From the NCBI GenBank assembly GCA_977030845.1, contig OZ365112.1:23684001-23748000 (forward strand): a DNA stretch of 64,000 nucleotides. Direction: 5' to 3'. This document shows, piece after piece, positions 14,270-29,000 of this stretch. The first letter of the stretch is position 1. The number at the start of each line of letters is the position of its first letter. The notes beneath the pieces were generated by a model that saw only the letters and a program-made list of their open reading frames with translations, did not search any database and was not told where the DNA came from. Both the position numbers and the translations under genes were made by a program. Source of the DNA: Fimbriosthenelais zetlandica. Lineage: Eukaryota.

Positions 14270-14750
14270 ACATAAAAATGTCCTTGCAGTCCGTAAGAAA
14301 TTTGTCTTATTGCACAATATCTCAAGAAGTATCTGTCACCAGCAATTTCTCAACCGGTCCTTCCAATTATAAACCACCCTGATCATGACAGTGGGGAAGG
14401 ATTAAGGCCTTTCTTTATGCTTGGGAATATGACATGCTTGATTAACAAATAGTTTAGCTCTTCCTGCAGGCAATAGAGGATGTCCTGTCTCACCGGATTG
14501 CCTATTCGTTTGATCTATTAAGTTCAATCACCAGTGTTGGCCTATCTATTTGATCCTCTTGTACATGACTGACCTCTTTCTTATTGGTAGATGAAGACCG
14601 GAAGCAATGGGCTTTGGAATACAACGTACAGTCCTCATTTGCCTATGACGGGACCTGAGGATGCCACCTGTCAGCAGACATCACCTCGTCATGGGCTTGT
14701 CATTTCCGTGTTGAATTATCCCCAATTTCCTTCTCAACGATTTCATTCTT
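14270..14750 (-). mobile_element. Possible decayed Gypsy gag zinc-knuckle/protease remnant
   Basis: Frame reads ...VPS*ANEDCTLYSKAHCFRSSS...RPTLVIELN...DRTSSI...QGGL*LEGPVEKL...KFLTDCKDIF, loosely resembling knuckle-protease-linker. It lies upstream of the pol remnant on the same strand. Confidence 0.3.
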
Positions 14751-17700
14751 TATGAATAAATGCCCTATGAGAGCCTGATTGAAATGATAATATATTATAA
14801 TCTATATCATACTGTCTGGAACATATATGTGGCTTCACACACAAAAATGTGGTCAGCATATGCTGCATTGCATGTCCATTTGGCTTTTTAAAGCCAGTAC
14901 CGGTCATGAAAAGGCTTGACTAAAATCAATTCATGCAGAGGCCAACAGCTATCTGTATAAAACCTATGATACAAATTAGGATGATTAGCATCTCTATTGA
15001 TGTACAGCATCAGATCCATCATTAGGTGATAAGTCAGTCTCATGTTTGTACAACATTCATTCAGATTTTAAATTAGTAAGATTTTTTTCTGATCTGTGGC
15101 TAAAACTATCTTTAGTGGACTTTCCTCATCACCGGCGGCTTTGTTTTTTTTCAGATCAATCTCTGAGTGCAGATTTTACAGGTGTTGTAGATGGGGGTGG
15201 AGGAGGAGAGGGGTGGAAAGCAGTATATTGTAGAAGTGGACATGAAGAACCTGCGTGCAAGCAACTGTAAACCTTCATTTGTACCACTCACAGGGGAGAA
15301 AGCAGGAAGTCCGGGCTAGAATGTTGCTGGTTGGCTGATGTTCTAAAGCTTGATCCTGGCAAAAATAAAGGAGATCTAGAGCCATCCACAGCAGCCACAC
15401 ACGGCACAATACTCTGCAATATCAGCCAGTAGCTTCTATAGGTCATGCAGGTAACATCCGGGTGGCTTATTGGTGCGTATTATGGCTGGTACCCGCATTG
15501 AAGCCAGGAATTCACACATATATGCCCAAAACACATGCCACGCCACCCAGATGTAGATATTATGTAGTTGGTTTAGTCAATGGATCTGAAGTGAAACCTT
15601 TCTGTTTATGACTTTGGCTTTGGAACTCGACTTCATCCGAAACAAAGATGGCCGTATGGTATTTAGTGAATATTGCATGAGCTTTTACAATGAAAGCTGC
15701 CAAAGAATCTCAGCATGAGAGGTAGATTGAATGTCTGGTTCTCTTTTCATTGCTCACGATGATGTGATGCAAATGTACGGTATATTAGTAACTATTCACT
15801 TATAGGAAAGGTTTTATATATCTCTCCACTTCCTCTTTACCTGCTCTTAACTCCTAACCCCATAACCTACTCATATTATTTGTGTATGCCATACTGCAGA
15901 CTGTATTATCCAACGAATATTCGTTTTCAGAACAAACAGATCTGAGTTTCTAAAAATCTGAGTCTTAGAAAATCGGATAAAAAGGAAAACATGCAGTGCA
16001 GGTGCCTTGGAGGATTTGTATCCTTTTTGCATGTGTCAGTCCCGAATGGTAAAGCCGTGGAAGTCAGGAGGTGTACAACATGCACCTCCACAGCACCCTG
16101 GGAGCTCCCCATCCTCGTTCTTGTATGAAAAACATTCCCTGAACATGCAATCTCCAAACATAGCACCGCAGTCCTTTGAAGTGGCTTAGGTGACAATGTT
16201 CTATTCCCTCCATGTACATAATAATTCTAGCCGGGAGGAGGCAAGCCGAGTTAAAACCTGAATGTCGATTGAAAACCTGTATGTTAATTGAAAACATATC
16301 TGAGAGAGAGTCTCTGAATATATAGGCCTACATGTTTCCAAACAGCAGCTGAAATTACACCAGATAGTCCTTCAGAGTAACATTTCTACTTCCGTGTCAG
16401 CATGTTGAGTCAGGGGAGAGTGAATTTGCAAAGATCTAGAAATGAGTGATCATAACTATTAATATGCCAACAACTATACATATCAATATTGTTCATACCC
16501 AGATCGAATAATGAACAAATTCTTTTAAAGTTAGTGTGGTTCAGGAAAACATAGCTTGAGAAAGTACATGATAGACCACCACATTTGGAAATGTTTCTGG
16601 AGTTTTCAAAGACAGAGGACTGGACTTTGACTACCAAGGTGACCATCAATCTACCTTGACTTCCCTCTTTACCAGCTACAGCAGCTTTAACCCTTACACG
16701 CCCAGCTCCAATGAAAAGGACACCATTTCTCTGCTTGGTTCTCGCCCAAAGAAAAGGGAGATGAAGGTGACAGAGTGGTCTGGGACATTGAGGACATTCA
16801 TGGGTCTGTCTAGGATTATGTCTAGGGTGATTTGGTGCAGCCAGGGTTGATACATTGAAGCTATTTATAGAGACTTCTCTTGAGTGGCATTGCAGAGTCA
16901 GCATTTCTCGCTGAGTGGTAAAGGCGGGGGTAGGACAATGGAACGGTAGCAGACGGAGCCGCAGGCTCTTGGCATCTTCAAACACACCAGCTAACTGCTT
17001 CTCCAAAGTCACAGACATAATCATTCCCAGCAAACACAAGAACCCTGACTATAGAACCAGCTAGCTAAAATAAACCTCACGTGGCCAACTAAATCCGAGC
17101 TCAGCATTATACTGAGCAAAATGTCCTTTGAACCCCCCATAGTATCCACCCCTATCGCTTTTTGACCTGTACTATGTTGGAGACTGAATTTTGCTGATGT
17201 TTCAAATACCCAACTGTTTATACTTCTCATTATGCCAAACGGGTTGAGGAAAGAGAAATATTGTTGTTTCATTAAGATAGATTACTGTATCGACTCTGTC
17301 AGGCTGGATGGTTCCTATCAATATTATTACTGCATTACTTGCCCTGCCCATCCCTTGTAAATGCCCGCTTCCATGTGTTTGCACGATACATCATAAATAT
17401 AGTGACCATGAATGGGGTAAGCCAAGCCATGGAATGAATACTAACTACATTTTTACAGGTCCCGATATGACAAGGTTTTTGCCCTCGTAAACCTCCTTCC
17501 TTTGTGAATCAATACTAATAAAAGGGAAGAAACATAACCATAACTTCACATAATTATATGCCTCCATGAGACAGTATCCTCGAAAATCATCCACATAGGC
17601 CTGCACCTAGTAATGTAGATTCATATTTTGCTTGTAACTTCCCATTATATATGATAAATGAAACAACACCCTCCGATATAAATCTCATTCACTGATTTAA

Positions 17701-19371
17701 TTCAGGGTGTACTCTTGAACATGTCAAGGATGTGTCATATAAATACGTGGGACAAACAAGACCACTACCGGAAGTAGTTTCATAACAGAGAATAACTGTG
17801 GTAAAGTTATGCTGCTATGTTTGTGTAAATACACTGCCGACTACAGTAGTTGTTAGTCTCAGCCAGGTTTCATCCTCTACTCATTTTAAACCTTCTCACC
17901 ACTAACAACTTCGTTCACCAACTAATTCTCACACTTGGCCTGCTTCCAAAACCAGCCACTAGGCGGCCATCTACACGGCCATCGCCTTAATCTGATCCCA
18001 CGTGATCTGAGTCCAGCGCCTGATTGGATGATAAGACAAGATGGAGGGTGATAATGGGGTCCCTTTGGGGACATTTTCCAGGAAGAGAAGATGGGTGTAG
18101 CCCTCATGTCGCCAGTCTGCTATACTCCAGACAATACGTACCACCTACCAGCAATACCCCTTAACAAGCCAGATAAGTCTACAGCATTCTGGAAGACTGG
18201 CAATCCCCCTTAACGTCAGAGTATAATGACCGAGCAGCAGTATTCCTAATATACAGCAGGCAGTGGTACAACTACGACCAAGAACAACGTTCACAGCAGC
18301 CCCAGAGAAGATATCCCCTCGCCGATAAAAGATTGAGCAGTTGTTTTCCTTTTCAACATCGAGCTTTTAACTTCATATCATATCAGTAGTATGAAACTTT
18401 ATCCCTGTTTAATCAGGTGTATGCATATCTGCGACGAAGTGTCTTAGGGAATGTGTGCATTCAAGCATAGTATAGGGAAGTTCTCTTTTTTGAATCGACT
18501 GTGTAACTATTCAAGACTCCAAATCTCATCACAGCCGGGAGGTACATGTACTTACGAGACTCTTTGAGAAATCGATCCAACACGGATCTCCCATTAATCA
18601 AAACCATGTATGGAACTAGGCGCTGGCCTTGTAAAAGAGGGTGGTGATTCTTTATGGGGAAATGCATCAAAAGTTTCTTCCACTTCCACCCTGATCGACA
18701 TGCTCTGGACAGCTGGAGAGCGAGGATGGTATTGTTCGGAAGGTGGGTTTCAAGGTGAATCAAGGTGGGGTTTTTTTTCTTTGAAAGGGGGAGGCGTCCT
18801 TTCGCCATCAAAAGCTTTTTCAATCGGGGTTACAAAGAAGACGTGCTGAAGATGGCCAAGTTGCTACTAAACAATTCAGTAAAGAACCCCACAAACAACC
18901 ACCATTACTCTGGATTTCCATTTTAAGCTCTTGCAATATCAACCACTCCCAACTCCCCCAAACCAATACAAGGAGCATCTGTCTACAGACAGGAAGGCAT
19001 TGCAAGGACACACCGGCCATCCCAGTTTGGCATGCACTCCAAATTTGAACCCATGGTGGATGTACAATGGGGCAGAAGGCATGCATTGGACAGGGAGGTG
19101 GCCAACGCCCTTGACGTTGAAAACTTAGAACCAATGAGGCACTTGTATCCTGACTGAGACATGGGCTGAATGTTAAAATCCATCTTCTCTCTCATCTCCA
19201 CTCTCACTTCTAACCTACTGACTCCCTCTATCTGAGTTGCCTGTACGATTGCATTCTGACAATTCGCATCGAAACTTACAGAAGTGGCCGATGCACTCAG
19301 AAGTGGCCGATACAGTGCATCGGAGTTCCTCACCATTTCGATCTGAGGTCAGTTTTGAAAGGAAAGTATTA

Positions 19372-19410
19372 CCTCGTGTATAGTACACGTTTCTACTGAA
19401 ACAGGCCCTG
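19372..19410. mobile_element. MITE family 1, right-end fragment (other internal fragments near 26896-26955 and 32452-32495)
   Basis: ctgaaacaggccctg; internal motifs agatgtgctacattagcc (26897) and aatgtagcacatcttt (32467). Confidence 0.55.
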
Positions 19411-21943
19411 GAAGTTGTGGTGCCAGCAACGTTATTGGGTCGCTACTATTTGATGAAGGCAATTGGTTATAAGATGAACCTCCTCAAACAAATCAATAAT
19501 GTTGTCCTCAAACTTTGTGAGATTATGGATGTATAGAAAATTGCTACTGGTAAAGGATCCTTCCCCTTGGATGATAATTTAAGGGGATGACTGGTAAATA
19601 ATAGGCAGTTGAACAAGGCAGAACCTTAAAATAAATTTACATCAAATACAAAAACACAGCAGCCATATTGTGGGTTACCATTAACACACCTAGGTGTGCA
19701 GATTTTATACCAATTTGTCCATCCCAGGGACACGCTATGTTGTTTGTAATTGACACCTTTACCAACTAGTGAAGGCTTTATTAATTGTTAATTATCAGCT
19801 CATTATCATCTGCATCAGAATGTTTTAGGATGTCATGGTACATAATAAATTAAAACCACACTAAAACATGTTTTGCTTTGTGTTCCTCCCAGATCTTCAA
19901 CTAATTCCATAAATAGACTCTTCATTAGGATTCTCTGTCCAAGATGTCAATTACCATCTAATCATGTGATGTAACAGCAGTAATAATTCATTCCTAGTTA
20001 TCCCAGAACATCAATAATGTTCAAAGGTTATCATGATCATTAGGCATGTACGTACTGCATGGTTAGGAATAATGTCACCACCTCAGTATGCCAACCTATG
20101 TCGCATGAGATTTCCATAAATAGTAACATATATATATAAATCATTTTAGAGTAGAGAATGCTTGGAGTTACATCATGCAAGATGAAATATATCTGTTGTG
20201 TATAGACAATTTACTAGAAAACAAATCATGCAATGCTGTGAATTTCTGCCTAGCTTTCGTCCATGGCAATTGCAGTATCACCATAGCAATATTAAACTAA
20301 TAATTATTAATTTAATGACTATAGTATTCGTTTTGAATCAGCCTTGGCCTCTTCCCATGAATACATTGAGAAAATATGCAGCATCCTTGTATACATAAAC
20401 AGATAAAAAGCTGTATCATTAAAGTCAAGGGAAAGCCTTCACGGGCTGATGTATCATATCTTTGTTATAAAACAGGCATCATGTGTTTTAGCATACTGAA
20501 TATGAAGCTACTGAGGCTTCTAGTATCTTACCAAAGGTCTAAGTACTAGTACTTACAATATCTTCAGAGAATATGAACATGATCATATGTTCCCTCTAAA
20601 TATGAAAAACTGTTCTCTGTTGATTTCGAGCGTATAAGCAAATATAAAAGCATTCGAATTCAGAAAACAATTATGTCATATTAATTATAATTTTCCCATG
20701 ACAACAATTGCCATCCAGAGTGGAAATATGAACTGAGCCTGCAGTATTATTAAATCTGATATTTCAGATGTGTGTCAGTTAAACATGCATGGAAAGATCA
20801 TGAGAGAAACAGGTGCATATATGGCCATGTGAGTGGCAGATATAATGTACATGTATATAGCAAGGCTTCCAATGACGTCAATTATAATAAATGATGCATA
20901 TAATATGTGAGTATATTATCATGCAGGTAAGTGTCGTGGACAGGGATATATAAACAAAATTAACCGAGGGTGCATGCGGGATAACGCCCTTGGGCATACA
21001 GCTACATCAGGCTCAGGGCTCTCCACGCCCGAGGTTCATTTTGTAATAGTTTCACCGCTAAAAATAATTTAAAATCACATTAACTAGCCTATCGTCGGGT
21101 CGGGAGCGGGACTCATTGCTACTCGTCATGCTCATATTGCCCATGGGTAATCTCCACTCGTTATTGCCCAAGGCTGTCAATATTTCTATCAATGAGTTCA
21201 TAATGCTAACTAGGAATTCAGTACCCCCCAGAGGTGAAACAAATGCGAACACTGCACAAGTTGCAAAAGCTAAGGACCACAAATGAAAATGTGCATGTGC
21301 CCCTGAGTATATTGTACAGCACTTCATTTGATATATTCAGTACCCGGGACAAAACAGTAGAAAGCCATTTGAAAGCCTCCTTGTCCCATTCAAGTTTGGC
21401 TACAGATAGATACAGCACCGCATACAATGAATTGGCGAGTTATTTTATTGGTCCCCTGATATGCTGGGGTGGCTTTGCTCATTTGGTACCTCCAGGCCAC
21501 TGATACATTGTATCTGAGATCCGAAGATCAAACAATGAAGCTGACGTACACACAATATCCCCCATCCCACATTAAGGCCCACTCAGTATGCGCCCAATGC
21601 CCCCTTCTGCCTATCTCTTCCTGTGTGTTACTTGGTAGGACACCCCTCTATCGCAACCAAACCTCCAGACATTTCCCAACTCTCCACCAACACCATCACT
21701 CCCCCCTTCATCTCACTGTTATACACTAGTCCTCATGACCAAGTCTTTTATGTAAATTGAAGACTCAACATCCAATTGACTGGATGGCTGTTTGTCTGGC
21801 GAGCAAGAGTCGGTTGAACTTGGCAAGTCTAAGGCAGTCAAATCAATAAATGGGCATTTGGGAGATAGGTTATACACAATGCTGGACTCCATTCTGTGCA
21901 TCAAAGAGCATCACCCGAATGTTATCCAGAAATATCAAGCTTT

Positions 21944-22031
21944 GGGCCTGTTTCAGGAGCAAGATGTACAACATACGGTACGGGTATGTCTATGGGCTAG
22001 TGGAGCATAACCTTTCTTCTGAAACAGGCCC
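21944..22031. mobile_element. MITE family 1 (~90 bp), full copy
   Basis: Perfect 13-bp TIR GGGCCTGTTTCAG / CTGAAACAGGCCC, non-coding interior. Confidence 0.8.
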
Positions 22032-22914
22032 ATATCTAAGGCGACCCTAACATACAAGGTGAGGCTGTGTTCAACAGCTCCCTCACATTGCTCTCCTGGC
22101 CAAAGGGTTAAAGGCATCAGCCCTTACCCAAGAGCACAGAGGTGATCAACTGTGTGAGTATCAGTAACTAACGGATTCAGCCTTCACCTTGGTCTCTTCA
22201 CGATAAGCAGCAGTTGCCCATTCGGGAAGGGGATCTTGATTCATCTTCATTTTCCCACTTGCTTTTCTCGGACTAATTTTACAGTTGCATTACAGTGTTT
22301 AATTTGGTCTGAAAGTTTTTACTTTGGAACCATTGAACTTCAATAGCTGCAAACTCATCATCAAGAAACATCTGTGTGCACAATGGAAATCATAGAACTG
22401 ACAGTACTTGGTATTTCACTTACTATAGCATTGAATATTTGCCCATGAACTTTTTTTAAACTACTATAAAATAAATTCCACATCCAAGTGCAATCAGTGC
22501 AATCCACTTTGGACTAACATTCTGGGAAAAAAATTCTCAGCGAAAACAGAATTGCAATTGGGAGATAAGTTCAGCGATTGCCATAGGGCAAAAGTCTTGA
22601 ACAAGTAATGCAAAGATGGTGAATAGTTGAACCGCTAGAGCAAGAGTAGCTCAATATGCTTTAGGTACACGGCCCATTCAGCCATCTGGAAGGGGTAGAG
22701 TAGTGGAGTATATAGTGTACGTGGAAGGCGGACACAGGCCAAGGCCCTGTCAGGAAGACAGAAATACTCCTCAGTACATATTTCTTCAGTTCCAATGCCA
22801 TTCATACTCTCCGGGCCCAGTGTACCAAAGATACCCCTCACCTGTTAGTGGAATTCTGGCCTCTGGTGGTCTTATTCCAGAGGGATTACAAACAGATGAT
22901 CCCTGCCCGCCAAC

Positions 22915-23007
22915 CAGGGAGATGGTTCATAACCTAGGTGCGCTACATTAGGTACTGATGAGTATAGGGGTTAATGTAGCACATCGTTCTATTGAAACAG
23001 GCCCCTG
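22915..23007. mobile_element. MITE family 1, full copy with degenerate left TIR
   Basis: cagggagatggttcat ... tgcgctacattagg ... ttaatgtagcacatc ... tgaaacaggcccctg. Confidence 0.7.
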
Positions 23008-24675
23008 TATGACTCCTTTAAACTTGACACATGAACATAACTATAGTAAATTATGCATGGCCATACTTGTGATGCAATATTAACAAAAGCATTACCAAAG
23101 CTTGGCCCCGACAAAAAGTGGTTTCAATTAATAAGATGCTATGATAATCAATATTTGCCTCGATATAATTGATTATAGTGGATCTATATTATCAGACAAT
23201 CATTGCCACACGTTCCTACCCGATACAGTGGCAATGAATTTGCTATGTGTGATCGGTTAAGTAGTTTGATGGCCATCATTTATTTATGAAAGCGATTGAT
23301 AGATCTGGTTCATTTCAACCTTGTCTACGTCATACCCTCATCACATGAATGATCACAGTCTAAATCACGTGTGGGGAGGGCTACAAATTTGATAAGCTAA
23401 CCAAGACCATCGCCCTACTTAGCTAAATCATATCTGTACACATAATATCAATAGCCAAGGTATATATGGCCCACCCAGTGGCGGTATCAGTGTGATTCCG
23501 TCACGTACACATAGAGTTATATTTGTATTAGCAAAGGCAGCTGTGTGTATATTGCATGTTGCATTGTTTATCTATTCATGATGCCTTTTTCAGTCCACCC
23601 AAGGGGGAACAAGTGCTGCAAACATGTGCCAGAGCAGTTTTCTATGTGATTGTTGCTACTCGGCACATGCGCTCACTTTTGCATGGGCAAATATTTACCT
23701 TTGAAATACCACAGATGATCATGTTAAGGAGGATTGATAGGAGTGCTTATCAGCGATATTAAATTTGGTCTCAAGGTATGCAGAAAGATGGTAAGGAATT
23801 AGTGGAAGGGCAGACCTTTAAGGGGCGGAACAGGGTGGCATATTCAGGTATATCATGCAGCGATTTCTTGAGGCGCTCGCGACCATCTGCTTTTAATGAA
23901 TATTTGGAGACAAGAGTACTCCAGGGATAAGGGTTGTAGAGCTTATTGGTGGGAGTTGTGGAGGGGAAACTTGATCTAAGGTGGATAAGCTGTGACCGGT
24001 TACCCTGAGTTAGACTCTGACGGGCAGCATGGAGGAAAGGCACACCTAGAGAACATTCCTACAGCTAAGATTTCAGCTCTGATTCTCTGACGACTGTCAT
24101 GGCAAGAATTCCAAGGTGTACTCTTCCAAAAACAACACACAAAAAGAGAAAGGATTGAGCTTACCCTGCATAATTCCCTCTGAAAGCAATATTGTGGCCA
24201 ATGTCTCTGCGCCGTATCAGAGACCAAAATTCCAAAAGAACAACAGAAGTATCCCCTGGTAAGACTGTACACAATGACGTTTAGTACATCATTGGTGATA
24301 ATCGATAACCGCTGTAGTCATTGTACGATCATTTATCCTTCATTGCTGTATATACATCAAGGCTGGCCTTCCCGACTGCTCTGCTGCGCAATCTACACTG
24401 GCAATCAACTTATTGCAGGCTCTTCTATATTGTGTATATAATATGCCTTATAATAGCTCAGAGCGAAGGACAGCATAGTTACATATAACCACCCAGTACT
24501 GTCGTTTGGTAATCCAATTAGGCCAGAAACCACCAAATCAATGATACTTTGTTCATTAGCAAGGTGAAAGCAACGGATGCCTCCCTGTGGAGCCTGCTCT
24601 TAAAAGATAAATACAGCTTGCATGTGTTAATGTATTAATACATACAGTATACCAGGAAGGCTGTTATACGCCAAA

Positions 24676-24770
24676 CAGGGGCCTGCTCATAACAAAAATA
24701 TACTACATCAGCCAATGGTAAGTATATGTACAGCTAATTGATGTACACTTTCTTCTTAAACAGGCCCTTG
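24676..24770. mobile_element. MITE family 1, full copy
   Basis: caggggcctgctca ... tactacatcagcc ... aaacaggcccttg. Confidence 0.7.
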
Positions 24771-25957
24771 TGTGAGACGCAGCCACATATTAAATATAGA
24801 TCCATTGGCATGTCACACATAGCAAAATGTTTAAATGTTGACAGTCTATGTTTTGGTAGCTTTGTCGTCAGAATGCAATTAAGACTGACACCGAGAAATT
24901 GTGAATGAATGTTCTGCCCTGTGAGGATTGCAAAAATAACAATCAGGACATATATGTTTTCATGTACCCTGAGGAAAAACTGGGCAAGAGGTAAAAAAGT
25001 GGAGAGGACAACTTGAGCTGCAGGAGCCTTAGTGGAGCCCCCTGGGACATATTCCTGATGGGAGTGGAGCCTGGAGCCAAGACTGTTGCTCTGGTTTTTC
25101 CTTCTCCCTCTCGGGCTCTGTTTCTCCCCCACTCCCTTTCTCTCTCTCCCTACCCAGATCAGGAAAGTTGACATAGAGCAATCTATCAGATCACGGGCCT
25201 CTTGCTTGAGTTTGATATCTTCATTATAGCCCCAGGGCCGCATAGAGGGATTATTGCACAGGAGGTGGGGAAATGAAGGGAGGAGAAAGAGGGGGTTCAT
25301 CTCCTATCGCATGTTACTTCTTGAGATGCTCTGGTGTATAAACATTGCACTTGCACCAGGTTTTTTGCTCCTATACTCCACACATATAGCACCCTCCCCG
25401 TGCCACTATTTTGTGCACCCATGGGGTGTTTCGTAAAGCAGGGACAAAACACAGTCCCCAGTGCAGTACACCTCTCACAGGACAGAAATAAGCTTTCCCA
25501 AGTATTGACAACGAATATGGCTGGTAAAGAGAATCTTTATAACAAGCAAGCAATAAAGGCATTGGTTAATTGCTTTATGGGTTGCATCCCATCATGACAG
25601 TCAGACACTAGATTAATACTTTACCAATTGTACAAAACTAAAGGATGACTTTATAAAAGTGTGCAAAGCAGCAACTTTAGTATTATAGGCCTAGGATTGG
25701 CTAATGTAACACATTTTTGTTATCAAACAGGATCCAGGACCTCCTCATCCTATGCCACCTGTTTCCAATTTTACGCGTGTGTGCGCCTCTGTCTTCCACA
25801 TACTCCTGAACTACACATGTTCCTCTACTTCCCAAAGCCTGGCCAATGCATGCTATTTCCTTTCCAACCATCATTTGCTCCTTCACACCTCGATAACTAA
25901 CTAGATGAAGGATCTCATAGAGTTGCGGAATACACCTATCAACTCATCGTAAATCCA

Positions 25958-26053
25958 CTGGGGCTCATTGCATATTAACAAAGATGCGCTACATTAGCCC
26001 GTGGTAACCCTACGGGCTAATGTTGCACATCTTCCCCCTGAAACAGCCCGCTG
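25958..26053. mobile_element. MITE family 1, copy with best-preserved internal hairpin
   Basis: Internal arms aagatgcgctacattagcccgtgg / ctacgggctaatgttgcacatctt (21/24 complementary, 25981-26033); right end ctgaaacagcccgctg. Confidence 0.78.
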
Positions 26054-29000
26054 TTCTGTTTTAAAAAGTGTCAGCTATGGCAAGCAATTTGTCACGGAGA
26101 GTGCACACAGGATTAAATACCCTTCTTGACAGGCTCAGATATTTCAAACTGGCAGGCTTTAAACAGGCATCTGGCTTAGAAAGTCTGTAGGATTGTATTG
26201 ATTCCAAGACTGGTGTACAGCCAATCCTATATGAGTATACCTTATTATACAGGGCAACACTTGATTAATTATAATGTGTTTAGCATTACGGAAGTGCAGG
26301 TAAATGTACAATGATGGGGATCGATAATGGAATCAATAACGTGGTACCAATACCGACGGAACTGAAGAATTCATCAGAGAACGAACAGGAAATATCGGTC
26401 CACATCCAAAGCACGTGATGGGAAAATTAATCATGTATGTCTATCAATCTCATTATTCTCTGCCCATACAATAAACAGATCAATAGGAAAATGAGAAATC
26501 AGCGCAGATAAGCCTCACTAACAACTATGCAGGATCTGACTTAGATTGGGAGAATTGACCAAGCAAAGTAGATGAAACCTAATACTTACATAATTATGCT
26601 GCCATATCATTGATAGTCTATAAGGGTAAAGTATTGATTCCAAGCAATAGTTTTAGTGTCCAAAGTAATGGTCAACAGAATGAAATGTCTCATATGTGCT
26701 TCATTCGGCAAATTGTACCAGGCTACTTCACAAGTTTTTCTTACTTTGAATAGGGACTGGTTCAGAGGGAGAAGGCACTTCTGGATACAGAACGATGTAG
26801 TCATGGATGTTCCTATATGCCCACATGACCTTTGTATCAAGTGAAGGTGAACCTGATTCATGTAGTATTTGCTTGTTACAGAAAGCCCATAAACTCAGAT
26901 GTGCTACATTAGCCAATGATATACCACAGGCTAATGTTAAGGAACATGTCTTATCATAGGTCTGATAGGCCTACTTATTCCTCATCACTATTCACAAATC
27001 AATATCATAATTCACACTTAAGGCAGAACCATCAGGCATTAGGTTGGCATCACTTATTAATGAGAGGACTGCAAGCAGTACTTGCTGATTCAGTTTGTCA
27101 AAGAGGAATGACTGACTGACTGAGATTTGGGTGATAAGTACTTTGATAAGTTAGGTGTGAAATCGTGAGTGTCTTCTATAGACACTACATACATACAGAC
27201 AGAGGCCTAGGTTATAGGGGAGGCTTGAAGGTCACACAGCTAACCCACCAGCATGATTCTTCTTCCTGGCACTGCTCCTATGACCCTGGTAGGTCGCTGG
27301 AGAGGATCCCCCTAGTAAACATTAGCTTGGCACAGGCCAGTGAGGAGATGTAGAAGAGAGCTGCTGTAGAGGAAGGAAGGAAGGAGGGAAGGGCGGGAGG
27401 AGGTGGGGTTAGAGCAGGGTATAGTGGTGGGGGGTTCTCTTCCTGAAAGGTGCACAGGGTGAGGAGAATTTACATGAGTTTGGTTGCTAAGCAGTTGACT
27501 GTTCAAGACCGACCTTCAACTTTTCTCTTTTCACCAAAACTTTGTTCTGAAGCATTGATGAGCAGCTATAAAATTTTAGAGCTTTTGTTCTTTGCAGCAA
27601 ACAACATCTTCTGTGCTGTTTTAAGTGTGGCATATATTACAGACATGCAAAAGGAAAAATGAAGATCCCTTAAAGAAAATTCAGATTGCCTATTGGATTT
27701 GTATCTCCCACCTATGCTGCTATGGGGGTAAGTGGTTCTACCCACGTGACCTAGAGGTGTATGGACTGTCTTGGATGATCATAGATGTTATTGCCTACAC
27801 CTGGCGCCGATTGTGAACGATATACACTATTCACGCCAACAGGTAAGACAAAGTCTTCATGTGGTGCTCCAACTGTGACACTACATGCACATGTCTCTAG
27901 ATGAACAACAACCTCACCCACACCTGCACAATTTATCACTTTCTTTGAGCGGGAGGTTGGAAGTAGCTATATTGTTTGGATCTGCTTGGGTTTTCCCACT
28001 AATAACAAACTCTCCTCTACTCCACCCTCCTTCCCAGGCCTCCTCATGCCAACTCACGTTACCGCGGGAACTACCACAGGAAGGCTGGTTCAAAAAGCGG
28101 CTTTAACCTCCGTACTTAAAACCATTCCATGTGGAATACAAGTCAGAGGCTCCTCCATTTCTTAAGCTGATAAGGTGTTAAGCTCATATTTTTGGCGGAA
28201 GATTGAAAACAATTCTTCTTTAAGCCACAACGGGTGGAGCCTTTTTAACCCCGTCTTGTACTCAACTCAGTGAAGCCCCACTTACCATGCACGATCCACA
28301 GCTCCTGGTTTTGAGTCGCCCCATTGCAACCCTTAAGTGCACTCAGCCTCCATGGCATAGACGCTGGGGCTTGTCCATCACTGGAGAGCAAGTCAATACA
28401 GATACCTGAACCTCCATAACTCTTTCACAGTGGGCCTGTTATTTCCTCGTCTCATCTATTGATTTAAGACAGCCCACATAATGCCTGCCACTTTGGCTAT
28501 GCAATCCAATATGAATCTCATGCAAAAATAGGTAGGGACAATGATCGCCATTTAGCCATCAGTACTGGGGTGTAAATTGACTATATCGAAGCATTGAGCG
28601 AGTAAAGACCTTCGAGAGTTCAGTTACAATTGACCTTTAACCCTGAATGTGACCGACTAATTATCATTTAAACTCTGCAAGGCGACCTGATTCAGATCCA
28701 AAATGCACTGAGCGATAATAGGAGAATTTCAGAGAATAGTGGGCGATAATCGGGGGATCTCTCATTGTCGCTTTGCCGTACCAGTACTTCATAGAAGCTA
28801 GTCATCAGTTGCTCGTTTTCTTTAAAATTCATTACTACGGGTCTATTATATAGGCATGAATTCATTTCATTAAAGTTTTAGGTTAGGAAGGGATGTTTCA
28901 TATCAGATGAAGCAGCATTTAGAAACGATCTATTCCTGCCCTTTAGCGAACAGTCAAAAGAGCAGAACAAAGTAAATGTTAACCTGAAGGGAGGATATCC

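Noticed and set aside
17950-18250. DIRS/Ngaro RT remnant (KTRWRVIM, GPF)
   Set aside because: The expected DLS.P...SVN continuation is missing and no tyrosine recombinase motifs were found nearby.
22860-22940. Exostosin-like GRDHLFV motif
   Set aside because: Isolated seven-residue match flanked by stops and overlapping a MITE end.
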